From assembly GCA_002633005.1 (NCBI GenBank), contig NMRA01000132.1:62001-125898 (forward strand): a stretch of DNA of 63,898 bases, written 5' to 3'. Below the pieces are notes generated by a model that saw only the letters and a list, made by a program, of their open reading frames with translations, was not told the DNA's origin and made no database searches. Positions 26,801-57,289 of this stretch are shown in pieces. The translations under genes and the position numbers were made by a program. Source of the stretch: Phoronis australis (taxonomy: Eukaryota; Animalia; Phoronida). Numbering within the stretch: position 1 is the first letter of the stretch; the number at the start of each line of letters is the position of its first letter.

Positions 26801-29800
26801 CCCACTTCACCGGAGGCATATCCCCCTTCATCAGAGGGACTGATTAGTGTTTTTTCTGTCAGTGATTTTGTGGTTGTTGAGTTCCGAGGTATTCGTTTCA
26901 AGCAAGATGTTCCATCAAAACTGGTATTACGGTGTTAAGCAGATAGACCAGAGTCAAAAACGTACTACCGCACCTTCAAAACAGCTTACCAGCCCGAAAA
27001 ACACAAACCCCGACCTCTAAAACAGAAACCCTGGGGATCGGACAGGACACCCCGGACCGAAACACCACTCCTGTACTTGCTTTCCAACATTGTTTATTGC
27101 AAGAAAATAGTGCCTTTATTAGCACTCTGTGTTCATACGACTTGTATCAATTTCACATTTTGATGAAACAATAAATCTTCCTATTTTAAATAGTTGATGT
27201 GATATGTTGTTTTAAACAACTTAGGACTGATCTGTAGCAAAAAAAGTGTTCATTCTTAAATCGCGGACGTGTGTACAGTGTACTAGACAGGGTGAACAAT
27301 GAAAAATGGCATGTGCTTGAGTGGTGGATGCCACAATGGTCACAGAATTCTAAAGGATTATCTACCAAAAAAGCATGTGAATGCGTAGAGTTCAGAAATT
27401 CCGATTCCAAATTTAGTGATCATTGAGGAGTTGAAGTAACTCTTCTTGAGGACAAGAACAGAAAAGTTGGTGACCACAAATTGCACGAGTTTTAAGCAAC
27501 AAGTCAACATAACGTAAGTTACGTTTTATTATTGCTAATCTTTAACAAATTCAGAAAACAAATGGAAAGTACTAGAAAATGCTCAGTTTGAGGCTATTGA
27601 CGTTGTCTTAGAAAATTTGAAAAATTGTCAAGGTTCCCTATTTGATCACTGGGGTTCGCGTTTTAAAAGCCGGGTTTGTTTTTCGGGCTGGTTAGCTGTT
27701 TTGACTCCGGGATATTTGTTTCACGCTAGGATTCCAATTTCGATGGAACAATTGTGTCCTAGGAGCTCAAACGTTGCATAGACCATGATGGTTGAAAGAG
27801 ATGGTATCAAAGTCACTGTCATGAGAAAAACAGATAGTAACAAGACTGCGTTCAGTTTACCAGCACAAGACGACACCACATGGATTGACTTGGACCAAAT
27901 AATCAAAAAACTGCCTGTTCTGCATATCGATCATTGCTCAGAATAATTTACAAGGACAAGCAACTGTCGCAGCCTAAACGAAATTTAATCCTAAGATTTT
28001 AGCTCAGTACGTCATGTCAGCATTTCACGTCACTTCGTAATTATACCTGTATGAGTGTTTATGTTGGTCTTAGTTAGTTGTACCTGATTTACTCCTGTTA
28101 CTAAACTCAACTTTTTCAAGGTGGTTTAAGGACTTACTTGGTATAGTTTTTGTATTTTTCTCTCAGTGACCACAATTTCATAATGAAGCTCAAAACACAG
28201 GTGCACGCAAACAAGCAAAGTAAATTTTAAGACTCCATCTATCAAAAACACTAAAATAGTTTACCCACAACCCTTACATACACTTAATGGGATTTTATTA
28301 GCTTTGTTTTCATTAAAATTGCATTCTACAACTCTGTATAGTGCAAGTGCCAAATAGTCACATCTGTAACAGTCACATCTGTAACGCACGTGGTTTTTTT
28401 AAATTGCTCATAATTATACAAAGACTTGATTTTAGTTCAAAAACCTTTTCTTCATGTTATAGCCAAATAAATAGTTAAATTATCTATAGGGAAACTAGTT
28501 CCATAATATGAAAGACAGAACAGAGTTTTTAGACAAACCACCATTAGCATATTAACCATGGCATTTTCGGTCACATCTGTAACACTAATTAAAAGTAAAT
28601 TTTAGTACACTTATAATGTGCAGAATTAAAAACTTTTGATACCTGAAGTGCTTCCATCAAGTGTGTAATGTGTACTTAAAATTTCATACTACTGTGATGT
28701 TTCACTAATTTTATATTGGAATTTAAAGTGTCTGAATGTCACATCTGTAACAAAACGAATACTGTGGAATACACCTGTTGCGGATCTTGCTGACATCAAA
28801 TCGAAAAAATAGTTAATGCTGACATTCAGTTTCCAAAATATTTTTACTCTCGATTGTTTTGTGAGAAAATGTTCAACATTTGCAGCATATTTAAATTTGC
28901 TCGTGCATAGATCAACGTAATTACACAAATATTTTGCTGATCACAAGGACCAGCGGATGTAATAAAATTCCGATCTCATCAGACTTAAAAAATCCTGTAA
29001 GATAACCTTTGTTTATCAAACACGCTGTTGCATAATCTCATGTGTCATCTTCATGTTTGATAAAAATGCAGACAAATGACATTGTTGTTGTTTCTTTGCA
29101 GCTCAAGCTCTGGTTAGTAAAACTACAAGGCCAGTTACAGTATTTTCATCACGGTCACATTATAGTAAGTAGATTCAGCGCTCGATTTGACGACCTGCTG
29201 GTTGCCAATGCGACCTCAGATTGTGTATGGCATGCTGGGAAAAATTCAGTCACCACTGCAAGTATCAATTTCCGACAATGATTCCTTCTAAATTTGTTTA
29301 AAAGTGTTGACTTCCAAACTTTAAATTACTAACAGTTTTCCTTGATTTATTAGCTTTTTATTTGATTCACAATTGTCACCACATTTAAATTACAACAGGA
29401 AGTAAACTGACAGAAGTCGGAATTGTTCGGTAAAAATCCGGCAAGATTGGTGAAATTCGCGCCACCAGTGCATGCAGTCATCTGTGTTCTATGTTTGTTC
29501 GTTGGCGGGAGAAGATGAGTTAGATAATGAAGGTATGCCTGCACTAGAGCACTTACGGGGGTCCACAATCGTTCAACTTTTTTATTTTGGTTGATGAACG
29601 TTTATACGCCGGATCGGAAACCTCGGAATTGATTTGAACACCTGAGATTTTCATTTTTGGTGACCTCAGATTTTGCTTGGCGACTGGGGATTTTTTGCCA
29701 GGTTGCCAAATGCGTCTTGGTGTTTAGCTGAGCGTTGAGTGCTGAGATTGTTCCCAATGCATGTGCTATTGAGCAAGGGGTTGTTTCATGTGCTGGGATA

Positions 29801-32800
29801 CTGGAGACTATTGATCTAGGGTTTGTTTCAGTTTGGGGAGGGGAATTGTGGGGTTGTGGAGATGCTGTTGAGCTAGGGATTGTTTTATGTCATGGGGAGG
29901 GTTTGTGGAGAAACTGCTTTGTTGGGGATGCGCTGTTAGTGTCAGGAGTTACGTAGGTGACTATTTCATGTTCCAGGTATCGACGAAGTTCACATTCACA
30001 AGGATGTCATGCTTACACTGGGTTACATTTTTAGATTGTCATTACTCTGTGCTCCAACCAACTAGCTGTCACTGTGTATCTTTCAGAACAAGTCAGTCCT
30101 GAAGAACCTAGCATGAACTGGGCTGATGTCACTGACAGGGCGGCTGTTGCCTCATTCTGGAATGAACTCTTCTCAGGTATAGTATTTTGAGCATATTATT
30201 ATTATTTATTATTTATTAACGGTCTGTTGTTCATGAATTAAAAATGGAATGTTATGGTTTTATCAACAATCAAAGTTATAAGTGTATCAGTCACGTTACA
30301 TTTTCATGAAGGTGTTGTTGTGATGTGATTCTTTCTGTCTTACTGTTCTGTTTTTCATCCTCTTTCACTGTATCTGCATTTACTGTTAGCAGTTGCATCA
30401 AGTGCTTAGTAAGACTGTTTGTGACAAAGTATATCTTGCTCAAGCTTTAGATGCACCTTGTACTGGATAGAACCATAATGTGACTGCGATGTAGCCTCTC
30501 TCAAGCTTTAGACACACCCTGTATTAGGTAGAACCATAATGTGACTGCGATGTAGCCTCTCTCTCAAGCTTTATTCTCACCCTGCACTAGGGAGAACCAT
30601 TGTGTGACTGCGATGTACAGCACACATCACGAATTTTTGTCCGACCGGTCGCAAATGACCGGCCGTCTAGCTGACCAGCAGCCGACCAACAATGGTCTGC
30701 TGGGAGCCGACTGCAGAGTCGCCTCTGCAGGCGGCACTTGGGTCGGCATAGTGGTCGCCAAGCATAGACGACCAATTCGGATTATGCGTGTCCTCAGTCG
30801 GCAATTACCATTTTATGACTTAGCGGGTGAACTTTTGGCCAAACAAACATTTAACTGTTCGCTGTTCATTCACCAGTAGCCACTCCGGTCTTGACATCGG
30901 TTTATCAACTTTTGTTCAACTTTTGAAAGGTTGTAAATCGATTCAACCTACAAACAGGAATTGCGTGAAATTGCACCAACGTAATCTTTATGTTGAATTG
31001 CTGACGGCGTGGTAAAATTAAACGTTAAATGATTACGTGGAAACATAATTTCGCAATCTAGATGTGAAACTTTTATACATTATGCATAAAAAAGTATCAA
31101 CAACCAGAAAATTTGAAATGTGTCAGTAAATTTGCATACAGTTCCAGGGCCGTAGGAAGTAGGGGGAGGCGGAGGGGGGGGGGGGGGGAAACGTTCNGGG
31201 GGGGGGGGGGGGGGGGGGGGTAACGTTCCCCCACAAAAATTTTCAGGCGTCTGGGTTAAACCGTGGCAACTCACATGGGCGTGGTGCCGGGGACAGTCGA
31301 AAAAAGAAAGACTGCGAAAAACGAATAAGAGAGAATTTTCAAGAGAACATTTAACAAATCTGCATCAGTGCATGGTTTACCTTTTGAGGACCCAGGCCAA
31401 GACATTGTCGTTATGGTCTTCGCTTTTGCAGCACAGGTCATCTAAACGCACACATATATTTCGAAAAAATCGAGGGAGTTTGTAAAGCGAAGTTTTTGCA
31501 GAGCATACTAATTTTCTGGATGTTTAAATTTAATAAGTCAATTTTGCGAATGCAAAACTATATTTTTCTAGAGGCCCCTCTCTGGCAAGGGATAACTGTG
31601 ACTACTTTCGCCTTATTTTTTTTCTCGAAACTGTATATCACTTGAGAAAAATTGATGACCTGAAACATAACATAAATTTCCGCGCATTTCCTGATGTTTG
31701 AGATATTTTCATATTGAGGGGCCCCGCTTTTGAACGAGGCCATTGACGACATTCAAGTGGCCACCTTTTTGTGTTTTTATAAAGAAATTCTTACGGGGCC
31801 GCTCATGGTGAAAAGTCCAATGTTGGAATCGATTACCTCTATTTTCCTGTTTTTTGTGAAATCTTGCTTTCATGTTGAAGGAGGTCACTCCCTGCATCGT
31901 TTTGGGACCACACGAGGGTGGAATGAACAGTCACTTTTTTCCAAGGTGTCCCATTTCAGAAGGTACCCTCTCTCATTGGAGCAGTGGGGGGAAATGTCCC
32001 TTTGTCCCACTATATACATGTATATCTGCACGTGCCTGACAAGTGTACACAGGCACTATATCTGCGCTTGCACGACAGGTGTACACAGGCACTATGTCTG
32101 GGCGTGCACGACAGGTGTACACAATCAATTATGGTTGATAGAAATTATTACAAACGATTCTTTAAAATAGATTAATTTCGACTATTTCTAAGAATGGTAT
32201 GACATGTTATAAGATGCTGATAAGAATTTATATTAACAAAAGGTGTAATATAAGAACTAAGTTTTTTCATCAGCCCTAGTAATTTATACGAATTTTTGTC
32301 ACTGACCAAAAACAATCCGTAAATGATGGTCAGACTGATATATGTGAAGGATGATCAGTCTCATCAGAATTCATATCAACCAAAATGGAGGTGCAAGATT
32401 TTTACACAAGCATTGCTTATTCTAAGGTCAGAAAATATGATTAAAACAGTGAAGAAGATGAACAGTATACACAGTGTCTATTTTGTTTCGTACAAGTTCA
32501 TTAAGATTGACGGTAAATATAAAGGGCAAAACTAAGCCTTTGAACTAGCAAGGAGCAATGTATAATGCATACAGAAGTATGCAACAGTCAGGGCACGGAC
32601 TTCTGTGTACATTCTGAGGGGCGTACATGTAGCTAGGATGGAGGGAGATTTGTCTCGTGCGGAACACTCTTTGGAGGGGAGGAGAGGGGACGGAGAGGCG
32701 ATACAACAATTCGTTGTGATCAGCACTAAACATTTTAGCATCAGAAATATTACATTCAAGTAAGTCAGGCAAACGAATTTTAATTAATAATCCACTGGTG

Positions 32801-35800
32801 CCACCTGCCGCCCTGAAGTGTTGTACCAGAGGGTTCCAGTTCAATCCCGTCCTGCAGCCATTCTATTACTGCTGATGAATTTCTGTAATTACTTCACGTT
32901 TCATCTTTTATAATTGCTAAGGGCTGTTCCAGTAAAATCCGTGTGGGAGGGGGGGGNNNNNNNNNNNNNNNNNNNNNNNNNNACGGCAGTAGAAATAAAA
33001 ATTCATGGGTGGTGGCCTTCAGAAAAAAACTCAAATTATGGTTGGTCGTTCCTGTAAGAAATGATGCATTAAAAATGAGTGGTATTTTTGACCTGTTAAT
33101 GTTGACAGGTTGGTTACTTCAGCTGTCAAAACTCAACTTATCCCAATACAAAAAAGCCCATTTTGCCAGTGAACAGAGTGTGAAATGTTCACTAAGCCAT
33201 TAATCAAGTCATGGGCAACTTGATTTGAGCCACCTGTTTGTCTGCAGTCCTATTGAATTGAAAAGTTATGCAACACTAAACTGGTGTTAACACATATAAG
33301 AAAATTTATGATTATTAAATAAAAAGTATGAGGAGTAAGATAAGCAAGTTCCAATATTCACTTGACATAGAAATATAAAAGAGTTCTTGGAGACAGTTTG
33401 AGATTCATAGATCCTTATAATTGAAAAAATGTTCATTGAAATTATAGACTCATGGTGAACAGAGACACCTGGTGGCTGCCAAAAGTATTGCTCACAAGCT
33501 ACTTTAGTTTTTAACAATATTGGACAAGACAACTAGTTCTTGTCTGTCAATCATCTAGTTCTTAACAGGTCCTCCTGGAGGCATTTTGTTTGCAAGTGTT
33601 GGATTTTATATTTTAACCTATTAAAAATAATTAAAAAATAATGGGTCATGGGTTGGAGAAATAAATGAAAAATATGGGCGGTGGGTACGAAATATAAGTG
33701 CCTTCCCCCCCCTCCCTTACAGATTTTGCTGGAACAGCCCTAAACATAAATTGAAACATCAGAACGTTCTAGAAACCATGTGTAGTTAGGTTGCAACAAG
33801 AGGGGGATTACATATTATATCAAACTTGACAAATATCCGTTGCGTTGGCGCAGTTGGATTTTGGAATTAAATGTTGAATAACGTCAGCATGAACATGTGT
33901 CTTAAAACGCTACACAATATTGCCACAAGTCAGACTTTAATAATTCTGCTAAAACTAATGATTGCCTATAGGTATTTTAATAAACACAATATACATTCAT
34001 TGACAGGCCGTAGTTTGTCAGGAAATGATGTGGTACGACGATGATAACTGGTATGGAAGCGGTAACTATCCCCTACATTTGATGTACGACGTGGCACTGA
34101 CTGAATGCATCAACCAAACATGTTGATTTTTGAAAATCCCCTCAAAAATGGACTTTTTCAAATCACCGTGTTGGCCATATTCATGTAGAAAAGCGAAATG
34201 AACAAATCTGTACACGCTGGTCAAAGCACTTTCACGTCTTTGTCTTAGAACGATGCATGTGCTTGGCATTTCTGACAAAGCACTCTCGTTCTGGAAGTTT
34301 TTAAGATTGAGCACCGTTCCAAAAATTGTAGGTCTCGTTACAGCTGACCACAGAAGAATGATTCTGCGATTTTAGGACTGAAACTGAACCAAATCTGGCG
34401 TGGTGACTCATTGGAAGGTGCGGAACTTGGGNNNGGGGGGGCAATACAAGCGTGATACAATTGTTGTTTTGGAGCCATAGTTGCCAGATATCATTCAGCG
34501 TCACTTACTACCTAATTAACTATAAACATCACCAGATGCTTTGCTTCACAAAACGTGTACCTTGGTGTATTTTCTTTCATTTTTTTCAACATCGCATTCG
34601 CTTTAACAAAGATTCACGCACAAATGCCGCATAGAGACAAACACCTCTTCACCACGTATTCGCATCTTCCCTTTCAAAATCGTTTTATTTTATACAATTT
34701 GTCAATATGTTGTTGACAGAAAATATTTGTTTTTGGAACAACGTCAACGACCAACTGATACATGTAACTAGAGCAGATTTTACCATCACCGATGCATGAA
34801 AACGGAATGCGCAAGGCTAGAATTGGTAGTAGCCTCAATAATGGTCATTCCGTGTTTGATGTCACTAAGTTCATGGAAATCGTAACCTTATGATTTCAAA
34901 GTTTGAGCCTTCCAAGTCCATGCGCTTAGGACATAAAGTTCCGTGTATTTCGCGTCTTTACTACAAGGGTTAATACTGTGAAAACAAAATCTCCGGAGTA
35001 AGACTGAGCTCTTCGGTGCAACAACTCATTCACTATCCCATCATCATGGGCGCGTGATAGGAGACCTGTGAGGAATTTTAAAAACGCAAAAATATGCAGT
35101 TCGGCGTAACACAAACAAAAAACAAGTGTTGCGAACTGCGAAGACTGTAAAAAATAGCTGCGTTTACAAAATTGCTATGGCGTTGTATTGACCGGGAAGC
35201 AGCCAGTCTAATGCAACTTGTTAATGTCACGAGCCAAAAGATCAAATGTAAAGAAAACTTTAACGTTTTGTTATCCAAAACTTGTTGCATTGTCCATAAT
35301 TGCTACTCTAGCCTAAAAATAGCAGCCGACTAGTGGGTCGGCTGATGGCCGGTCGGCAATTAAGGTCGGCTGTAGAGTCGACTGGTGGGTTGGCTTATGA
35401 GTCGACACTGCGGCCGGCTGCGGGTCGGCTAATTTGCCGACCATTCGACGGCCAGTCGTCGACTCCTAGCTGACCGGTTGGACAAAATTTCGTGATGTGT
35501 GCTGTAGCCCCTCTCCCATCATTGCAGGCATGTTTGTTGCTGCCAGTCATCTGTTGAAAGAGCCGGCCACCATTAACTACCCATTTGAGAAAGGTCCATT
35601 GAGCCCCAGGTTCCGTGGTGAGCATGCCCTGCGTAGATACCCTTCTGGAGAAGAAAGGTGCATTGCTTGTAAGCTGTGCGAGGCCATCTGCCCAGCACAG
35701 GTCAGTATGGACTTGAGTGGAGATGTTTTCTCTGAGTCTTTTATTGTCTCTAGTTATGCAGGCTTTCTTTGAGTCTTGTTTGGTCATCCAAACTGGGATT

Positions 35801-37613
35801 AGAATTTGAAACACTGCTGCGCTCAAAAGCAACAGTTTCACAATGCTGTTTTCGTTCTGTGAGGGCCAATGTCGATTGATTTCCACAGAAACTTGGAGTA
35901 AATTTATGTAGTGTTCTCTGTGATCTGTTTGATTATACCCCTGACCTGTTTAAATAGCGCGTGGCACATCCAACTTTTTATTGTGAACAAAAAAGTGTCA
36001 TTTTTGTGCGTTTGCTATGATATGCACGTGCTGCTCACTGTTTAAATTTTCAAAGCAGTTGTTAACGCGACCTGTTTTAATTTTTGAGTGCGTAGAATGT
36101 GTCATCCATTTCTGGCATAGAAATGTTGCGGGTAATTTTTAATTTACGATCCCCCGAACTGAGTGTTCTCAAAGTTTGGCACTGTGCTGTCATAGTGTAG
36201 GAGGCTGACTGCCTCTTCTGTCATCCCTTCGTCAATGTGAGTACGATAATTTCTGATGGATTACTCTGATCATCAGATATTGTTTGTATTACCTAGGCTG
36301 TTTGGGGACTGCCTGTTGGTTGGCCCTTAGCCTTTTCAAGATTTGCTATTCGTTTTATGAACCGACTTTATTTAAATAGCTCTTCATGAAATATGCAATG
36401 AAGAATTCATCAACATTAAAATTTAATAAACTAGCTTTTTATATTTGTTAAAATATTCACTGTACACTATGTTTATGACGTCTTGATTTTTTAAAGACCA
36501 CCTGGAAGAGACGCTTTTTTGCCTAAGATGATGCATCTGGTACTTTTATTCACAATTATAAATATGGTTCATGCTGTTACATGTACATAGCAATACAACT
36601 CCTGTTCTTCTATTTCACATAAAGAGTAAAGTGTCAGTGCTCACTTTGAAGAAAGGAAAAAGGCAGTATTAACAATGAAAAATACTTTGACAAGGGTACT
36701 GCTTCTTGATGAGCTGGGTGATTTGAATGACTGGAGCACTGTTATTTTGCAGGCCATCACCATAGAAGCGGAAGAGAGAGAAGATGGTAGTCGACGCACA
36801 ACCCGCTACGACATCGATATGACTAAGTGTATATACTGTGGCTTCTGTCAGGAGGCTTGCCCTGTTGACGCCATAGTTGAGGTGAGTAGTCTACAGTTTG
36901 TGTTGTTGCTGGCCATGTGACTCTTGTCTCAGCCTCTCTTGGTTTTCATGTTATGAAGATTGGTTACGAAACGTCTATATGTGACTTTTCATTGATAAAT
37001 ATTTGAAGTTCAATTTGTTTTTGCATTAATAACCTTTGATAGAAGTGATCACACATCTCCATCCACGAGTCTAGAGTGCACCTCAGTGCTTATAGAAATG
37101 AATTCCCGCTGGTGTCTGTACTCTAGGTGTCAGTGGCCCTAAGGGGATTCTAAAATCGAGCTTGTTTTTATTCGGAAAAACTGTCCTGTCTGATGACTTA
37201 ATTGTGATGTGCATAAATTTGACCATCTGCAGTGCAAAGGAACAGTAATTATTCATCACTGCCATTTATTGCAAACCTTTACATCCAGGAGGGCTACGTA
37301 TCAGCTGGTGTTAAGTTTGTCGTTTGTCTCCCGTGCAAATTCTATTGATATGACGAGAGATTGCGACATGCATGCAAGTGACTGGGCTCTGCCATTCACC
37401 ACGTTTGGCATAGACCATGAATTTTTTAGTAACTGTTTAATTTCAGCTCCTCAGTTCAATTTTGAATTTTGTTTCTTGCAGGGTCCTAATTTCGAATTTT
37501 CAACAGAAACACACGAAGAGCTTTTGTATAACAAAGAAAAGCTTCTCAAGAATGGCGACAAATGGGAGGCAGAAATAGCTGCAAACCTTCAGGCTGACCA
37601 CTTGTACAGATGA
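23814..37613 (+). CDS. NDUFS8: NADH:ubiquinone oxidoreductase core subunit S8 (TYKY), about 208 aa
   Basis: Exons 23814-23853 ([13 protein letters not shown]), 29102-29164, 30087-30176 ([16 protein letters not shown]), 35528-35700 ([22 protein letters not shown]...[14 protein letters not shown]), 36753-36881 ([18 protein letters not shown]), 37482-37613 ([22 protein letters not shown]...LYR*). All GT-AG, phases consistent, 627 nt in total; two 4Fe-4S CxxCxxCxxxCP motifs; Arg/Ser-rich transit peptide. Confidence 0.97.
25960..28775. mobile_element. Decayed TIR transposon in NDUFS8 intron 1, 4-bp TSD (superfamily uncertain, possibly Sola-like)
   Basis: Termini GGTGCATTCCACGGTATTTG / CGAATACTGTGGAATACACC; TGTT on both flanks; many subterminal GTCACATCTGTAAC motifs; stop-interrupted coding remnant near 27790-27940 (…[22 protein letters not shown]…). 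Confidence 0.65.
30470..30617 (+). repeat. Short tandem repeat, unit about 60 bp, about 3 copies
   Basis: Repeated AGAACCATAATGTGACTGCGATGTAGCCTCTCTC; the third unit is interrupted by the element starting at 30618. Confidence 0.7.
30618..35504. mobile_element. 4.9-kb non-autonomous TIR transposon with TA TSD in NDUFS8 intron 3
   Basis: TIR CAGCACACATCACGAAWTTTTGTCCRACCGGTC at both ends; TA at 30616-30617 and 35505-35506; CCGAC/GTCGG subterminal repeats; removing it restores the local repeat unit GACTGCGATGTAGCC. Confidence 0.85.
32921..33740. mobile_element. Harbinger-type MITE nested in the 30618-35504 element
   Basis: TIR GGGCTGTTCCAG / CTGGAACAGCCC with 3-bp TSD TAA on both sides. Confidence 0.8.
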
Positions 37614-38011
37614 GATGTGACCAACTGGGTCTCAATCTGCTTGTTCTGACTATGATATGGGTTTACCGTTCTGACTTGGCTGTTATGAAGATGCAAACTT
37701 TCAGAAAGCAGAGTTAAACACGTACATTGTCAACACTTCACCTTTAGGACACGCTGCCTACATGCTCCACGGCCACTGGCATTGATAGCTATTGAAAGGT
37801 TTGCTGTGTAATGTTGAGTTTGTCAGAATGCTGCTTGGTGGCGCTAGGAGTCACAGAGGAGGTTTGAGCCAGGTTATGAATAGATAATTTATTTACCCAA
37901 CAGTCAAGAACAGTGTCTGAATGAAGTGAAACTAGAATAGTTGTATAGGCCACTTGCAGTAACAAGATTTTGTTGGTTGCCATCTATGTTGAAGTGAAAT
38001 TGTTATAACAT

Positions 38012-38017
38012 AATAAA
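38012..38017 (+). promoter_or_regulatory. Probable NDUFS8 polyadenylation signal
   Basis: AATAAA about 400 nt after the stop codon, followed by T/GT-rich sequence. Confidence 0.5.
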
Positions 38018-38402
38018 AAGTGTGAACTAAAATATTGGTTTGCATATTTATTGTCTACAAACCGCCATGAGAGGCCTATCACGCAATCGGGGTTGATAGT
38101 GAGGTGGTTAGAATCTATGCAGGTGTGTAACTTCTCTAAACACTTTGACCAAATGCACCCTGGCTTGCTGACCAGAATATTGAAGAGATCTAGCCTGTGA
38201 GATAGTGTTGGCAGTAAACAACGCATCAACAACTTTATGGTTGGACGATATTGATAGATTAATTTCTAGCCTAAAAATCAAAGAATAATTCTTTAAATCA
38301 AAAATCCACCTGTATAGTGGTGAGGTCAGCGTGATCTCGCTATTCAACTAGGTAAATCTTTTTTTGCTAGACTTCCGTATGTATACTACAACTTGTAGCA
38401 GG

Positions 38403-38625
38403 GATATAGTGTCGCCTCTTAAAAATCTCAACTAAACCGGTGATATCACCTCTTAAATCGGGAATAAAACCCATGTCTTGCCTCTTAAATCAAGAATAAA
38501 CCCATAGTATCACCTCTTAAATTGAGAATAAACCCATACTGGTATCGCCTCTTAAATCGAGAATAAACCCATAGTATTGCCTCTTAAAAATTTGAGACTA
38601 AACCCATAGCATTGCTTCTCAAATC
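38403..38625. repeat. Minisatellite, unit about 30 bp, about 7 copies
   Basis: Repeated ATAGTATCGCCTCTTAAATCGAGAATAAACCC-like unit. Confidence 0.8.
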
Positions 38626-38700
38626 GGAATCCACTTGGTTCATTGAGTAATCTTGCCAAGAAGCACACGACTGTGACAATAAAAACTAATTTGAACTTCA

Positions 38701-38706
38701 TTTATT
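38701..38706 (-). promoter_or_regulatory. Candidate S6K polyadenylation signal (3' UTR about 2.4 kb)
   Basis: TTTATT on the plus strand at the edge of unique, UTR-like sequence; other candidate hexamers exist nearer the stop. Confidence 0.35.
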
Positions 38707-41129
38707 ATTAAATCTGTAACTTGCACATAATCACGTTCAGTGTTTGAAAGGATAAGCTGACCATGTTACAAACATTCGACAATAGACAAAATACATCACT
38801 TTCTCAAAGTAAACCTGAAAGTGTATCCTATCAGAGTGAACTAAAAGTTAAATGAGATGAGTAATACATGATACATCACTTAGTTTATTTCTGTATAAGA
38901 ATCCCACATCAGTAATACGGCTGCTGATGAGCGATTCCTTATTAAAGTGGCATGTTTTGATTGTGATCTATCAAAAGCTCTTCTTTAGGCAATTTAACCA
39001 CTTCCAATGACTCACATAATAAAAAGTGGAGCAGTGCAATTTCTCAGAATAATAGAATTTGCCACAATTTCACTTTTCTATCAGTCTCGAACAGTTCTTG
39101 CCACTTATGTTTTCTTATGCACACAGTGTACCATTAAATCGAAAAAAGGAATTTCTGAAACTGCTCTACACCAGTTTTAACACACAGTATATTTCACTCA
39201 CACCAATACTTATGGACACCCTGTGTTCTGTATTAAATCACAGGAACATCTTTTACACAATTCAAAAACTTCACCAAAAGGGAGCAGTGGCCTTTTTGCC
39301 GTTAGAGATTTGTGGGATATATGCAATGGATTGTGGGATGTTGATACTCCCAGCAGAATGAAACCAACCAATGAAAACGGAGAATGAACACCAACAGGCA
39401 ACAGATGGTGAGAAAACTGCATATGCCACAATTCTCTAACCATGAAAAGGTCCATTACAAACTTGCATCAGTATTGTAAGCTACAATAGCCACATTCTAA
39501 ATATACCTCAATGATGTGATGCTTGTGACATTCTAACACACACTTGAGACGCCAAGTGGGGCCTGACATATTGTTCTTTCTTTGCCTGATTCTGCACAGT
39601 AGTGTGAAAGTGGCATAGCCTTGTTTCAAAAAGTAGGTCAATCATGAAATGTGTTTTTCAACCTCCGCAAAAGGAGAGTTGAATTCCGGGCATTGTCGTT
39701 GATTTGACATTATTGCTTGACTGCCACAACACAACTAGACAAGTAGTCTTGCTTGGAAACAGAAACCATGCCATAATTGAGGTCAACATGGAAGAAAACC
39801 TAAAATAAAACATTTTCTTCCATCAACAGCGTGACGCTTTACCAGCCACTTGTCAGTATGCTACTCTTAGGACATCATAAGTACAGAAATGGAAGCTGTT
39901 TGCAGGACAATCAGTCATGTGACTGTGAAAGACCATACATGCGAGATGACAATAATGTCTCACTTTTATAATCATGTTATCACAAAATTAAGTGGCATTA
40001 GAGCATCATTTTCCTGAGTTTATCAAGATGAGAGGTTATTTTAACATCACAAGCCTTGTTAAAGTTTTTTGGTACGGTAACCGACATAAATAGAATATTG
40101 AGACCAGCAGTTTAATAAATAATGACAAATGGAAAATGGCTTAATGACATAAATAACTCTTCTTAATTTAAGTTTTCTTTTGAGTCTTCGATTTAAAATA
40201 AATGAATAACATCAAAACAACAAGTTGTTACTTTACAAGAACAGTTACTGTGAGAATACCATGGGGTCAGAGGTCGTTTTAGATACAATTTACATAAAAT
40301 AGCTCTAACTACGGTAAAAATTCTTCAGTTTGGGGCACAGTATAACGAACAGGTGAACTTTCATTTTGACAAATTTCTCAACAAAAATAATTTTCAGGAA
40401 AAATGATTTTGCTTTTAGCATGGTTTGTATGACATAGCTATTACCAAACACCATTTGGTAAATTTATGAGCATTTGCCACATTGTGGAAAATTGAAATAT
40501 GACAATTTAAGCAACAATTATTTTTGTCACAAATTGAAGAATTACTACCGTAAATCACTTTCTGTGAAATGATTAATTCCATTAACAATCATGTAAGATA
40601 ATCTATCAACGCCAAGCAATGATGAAATATAAAAAGCCAAAAGAAGTAACCTACCTACCCATGCTCAGTAGGTCAATGGCTGATTTGGGGATTTTTGTAA
40701 ACTTGAATATTTGTCAAATAACAATTATCCTAGGATATGGTAACTTTTAAAACAAAATTTGATTGCTCCCTATGCTTTTAAATCTGACTGAATGTAAGGT
40801 ACTGTCTTGAGGTAACTAGGACACTCAGTACGAACACGTACTGATAATTATTAACAAAAAATTGAACAATTTGCCTATCGTTACTTCCTCTTTTCATCAA
40901 CAACACAATCGTAAGGTTTAAAAAGGATTTTTTGACAAAATACCCGTCATCTTTCTTTGTAGCATCATCCTAACGACAGTATCTGGGAATCCAAATGACT
41001 GTATGATTAAAATCAGCAGCCAAATACTATGTCGTCAACATTGGACTGTATCTGTATCTGTATCTAGCGTGTGTACATGTATGCAGTCATTGAAATAATG
41101 CAACTTCAAACATCAATCTGGCAAGCGTA

Positions 41130-57193
<16,064 letters not shown>

Positions 57194-57289
57194 TATAATA
57201 CCAACCAGATTACATTCCCAACATAAAATACCATTTAAAATCGACAAAAGTACAAAGGAAAACCCCGCACTACATCACCGTCAGAAAGA

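Noticed and set aside
29977-30030. Candidate NDUFS8 exon after ttccag
   Set aside because: Exons 29102-29164 and 30087-30176 join in frame to give HYKQV; no extra exon is needed and there is no good donor.
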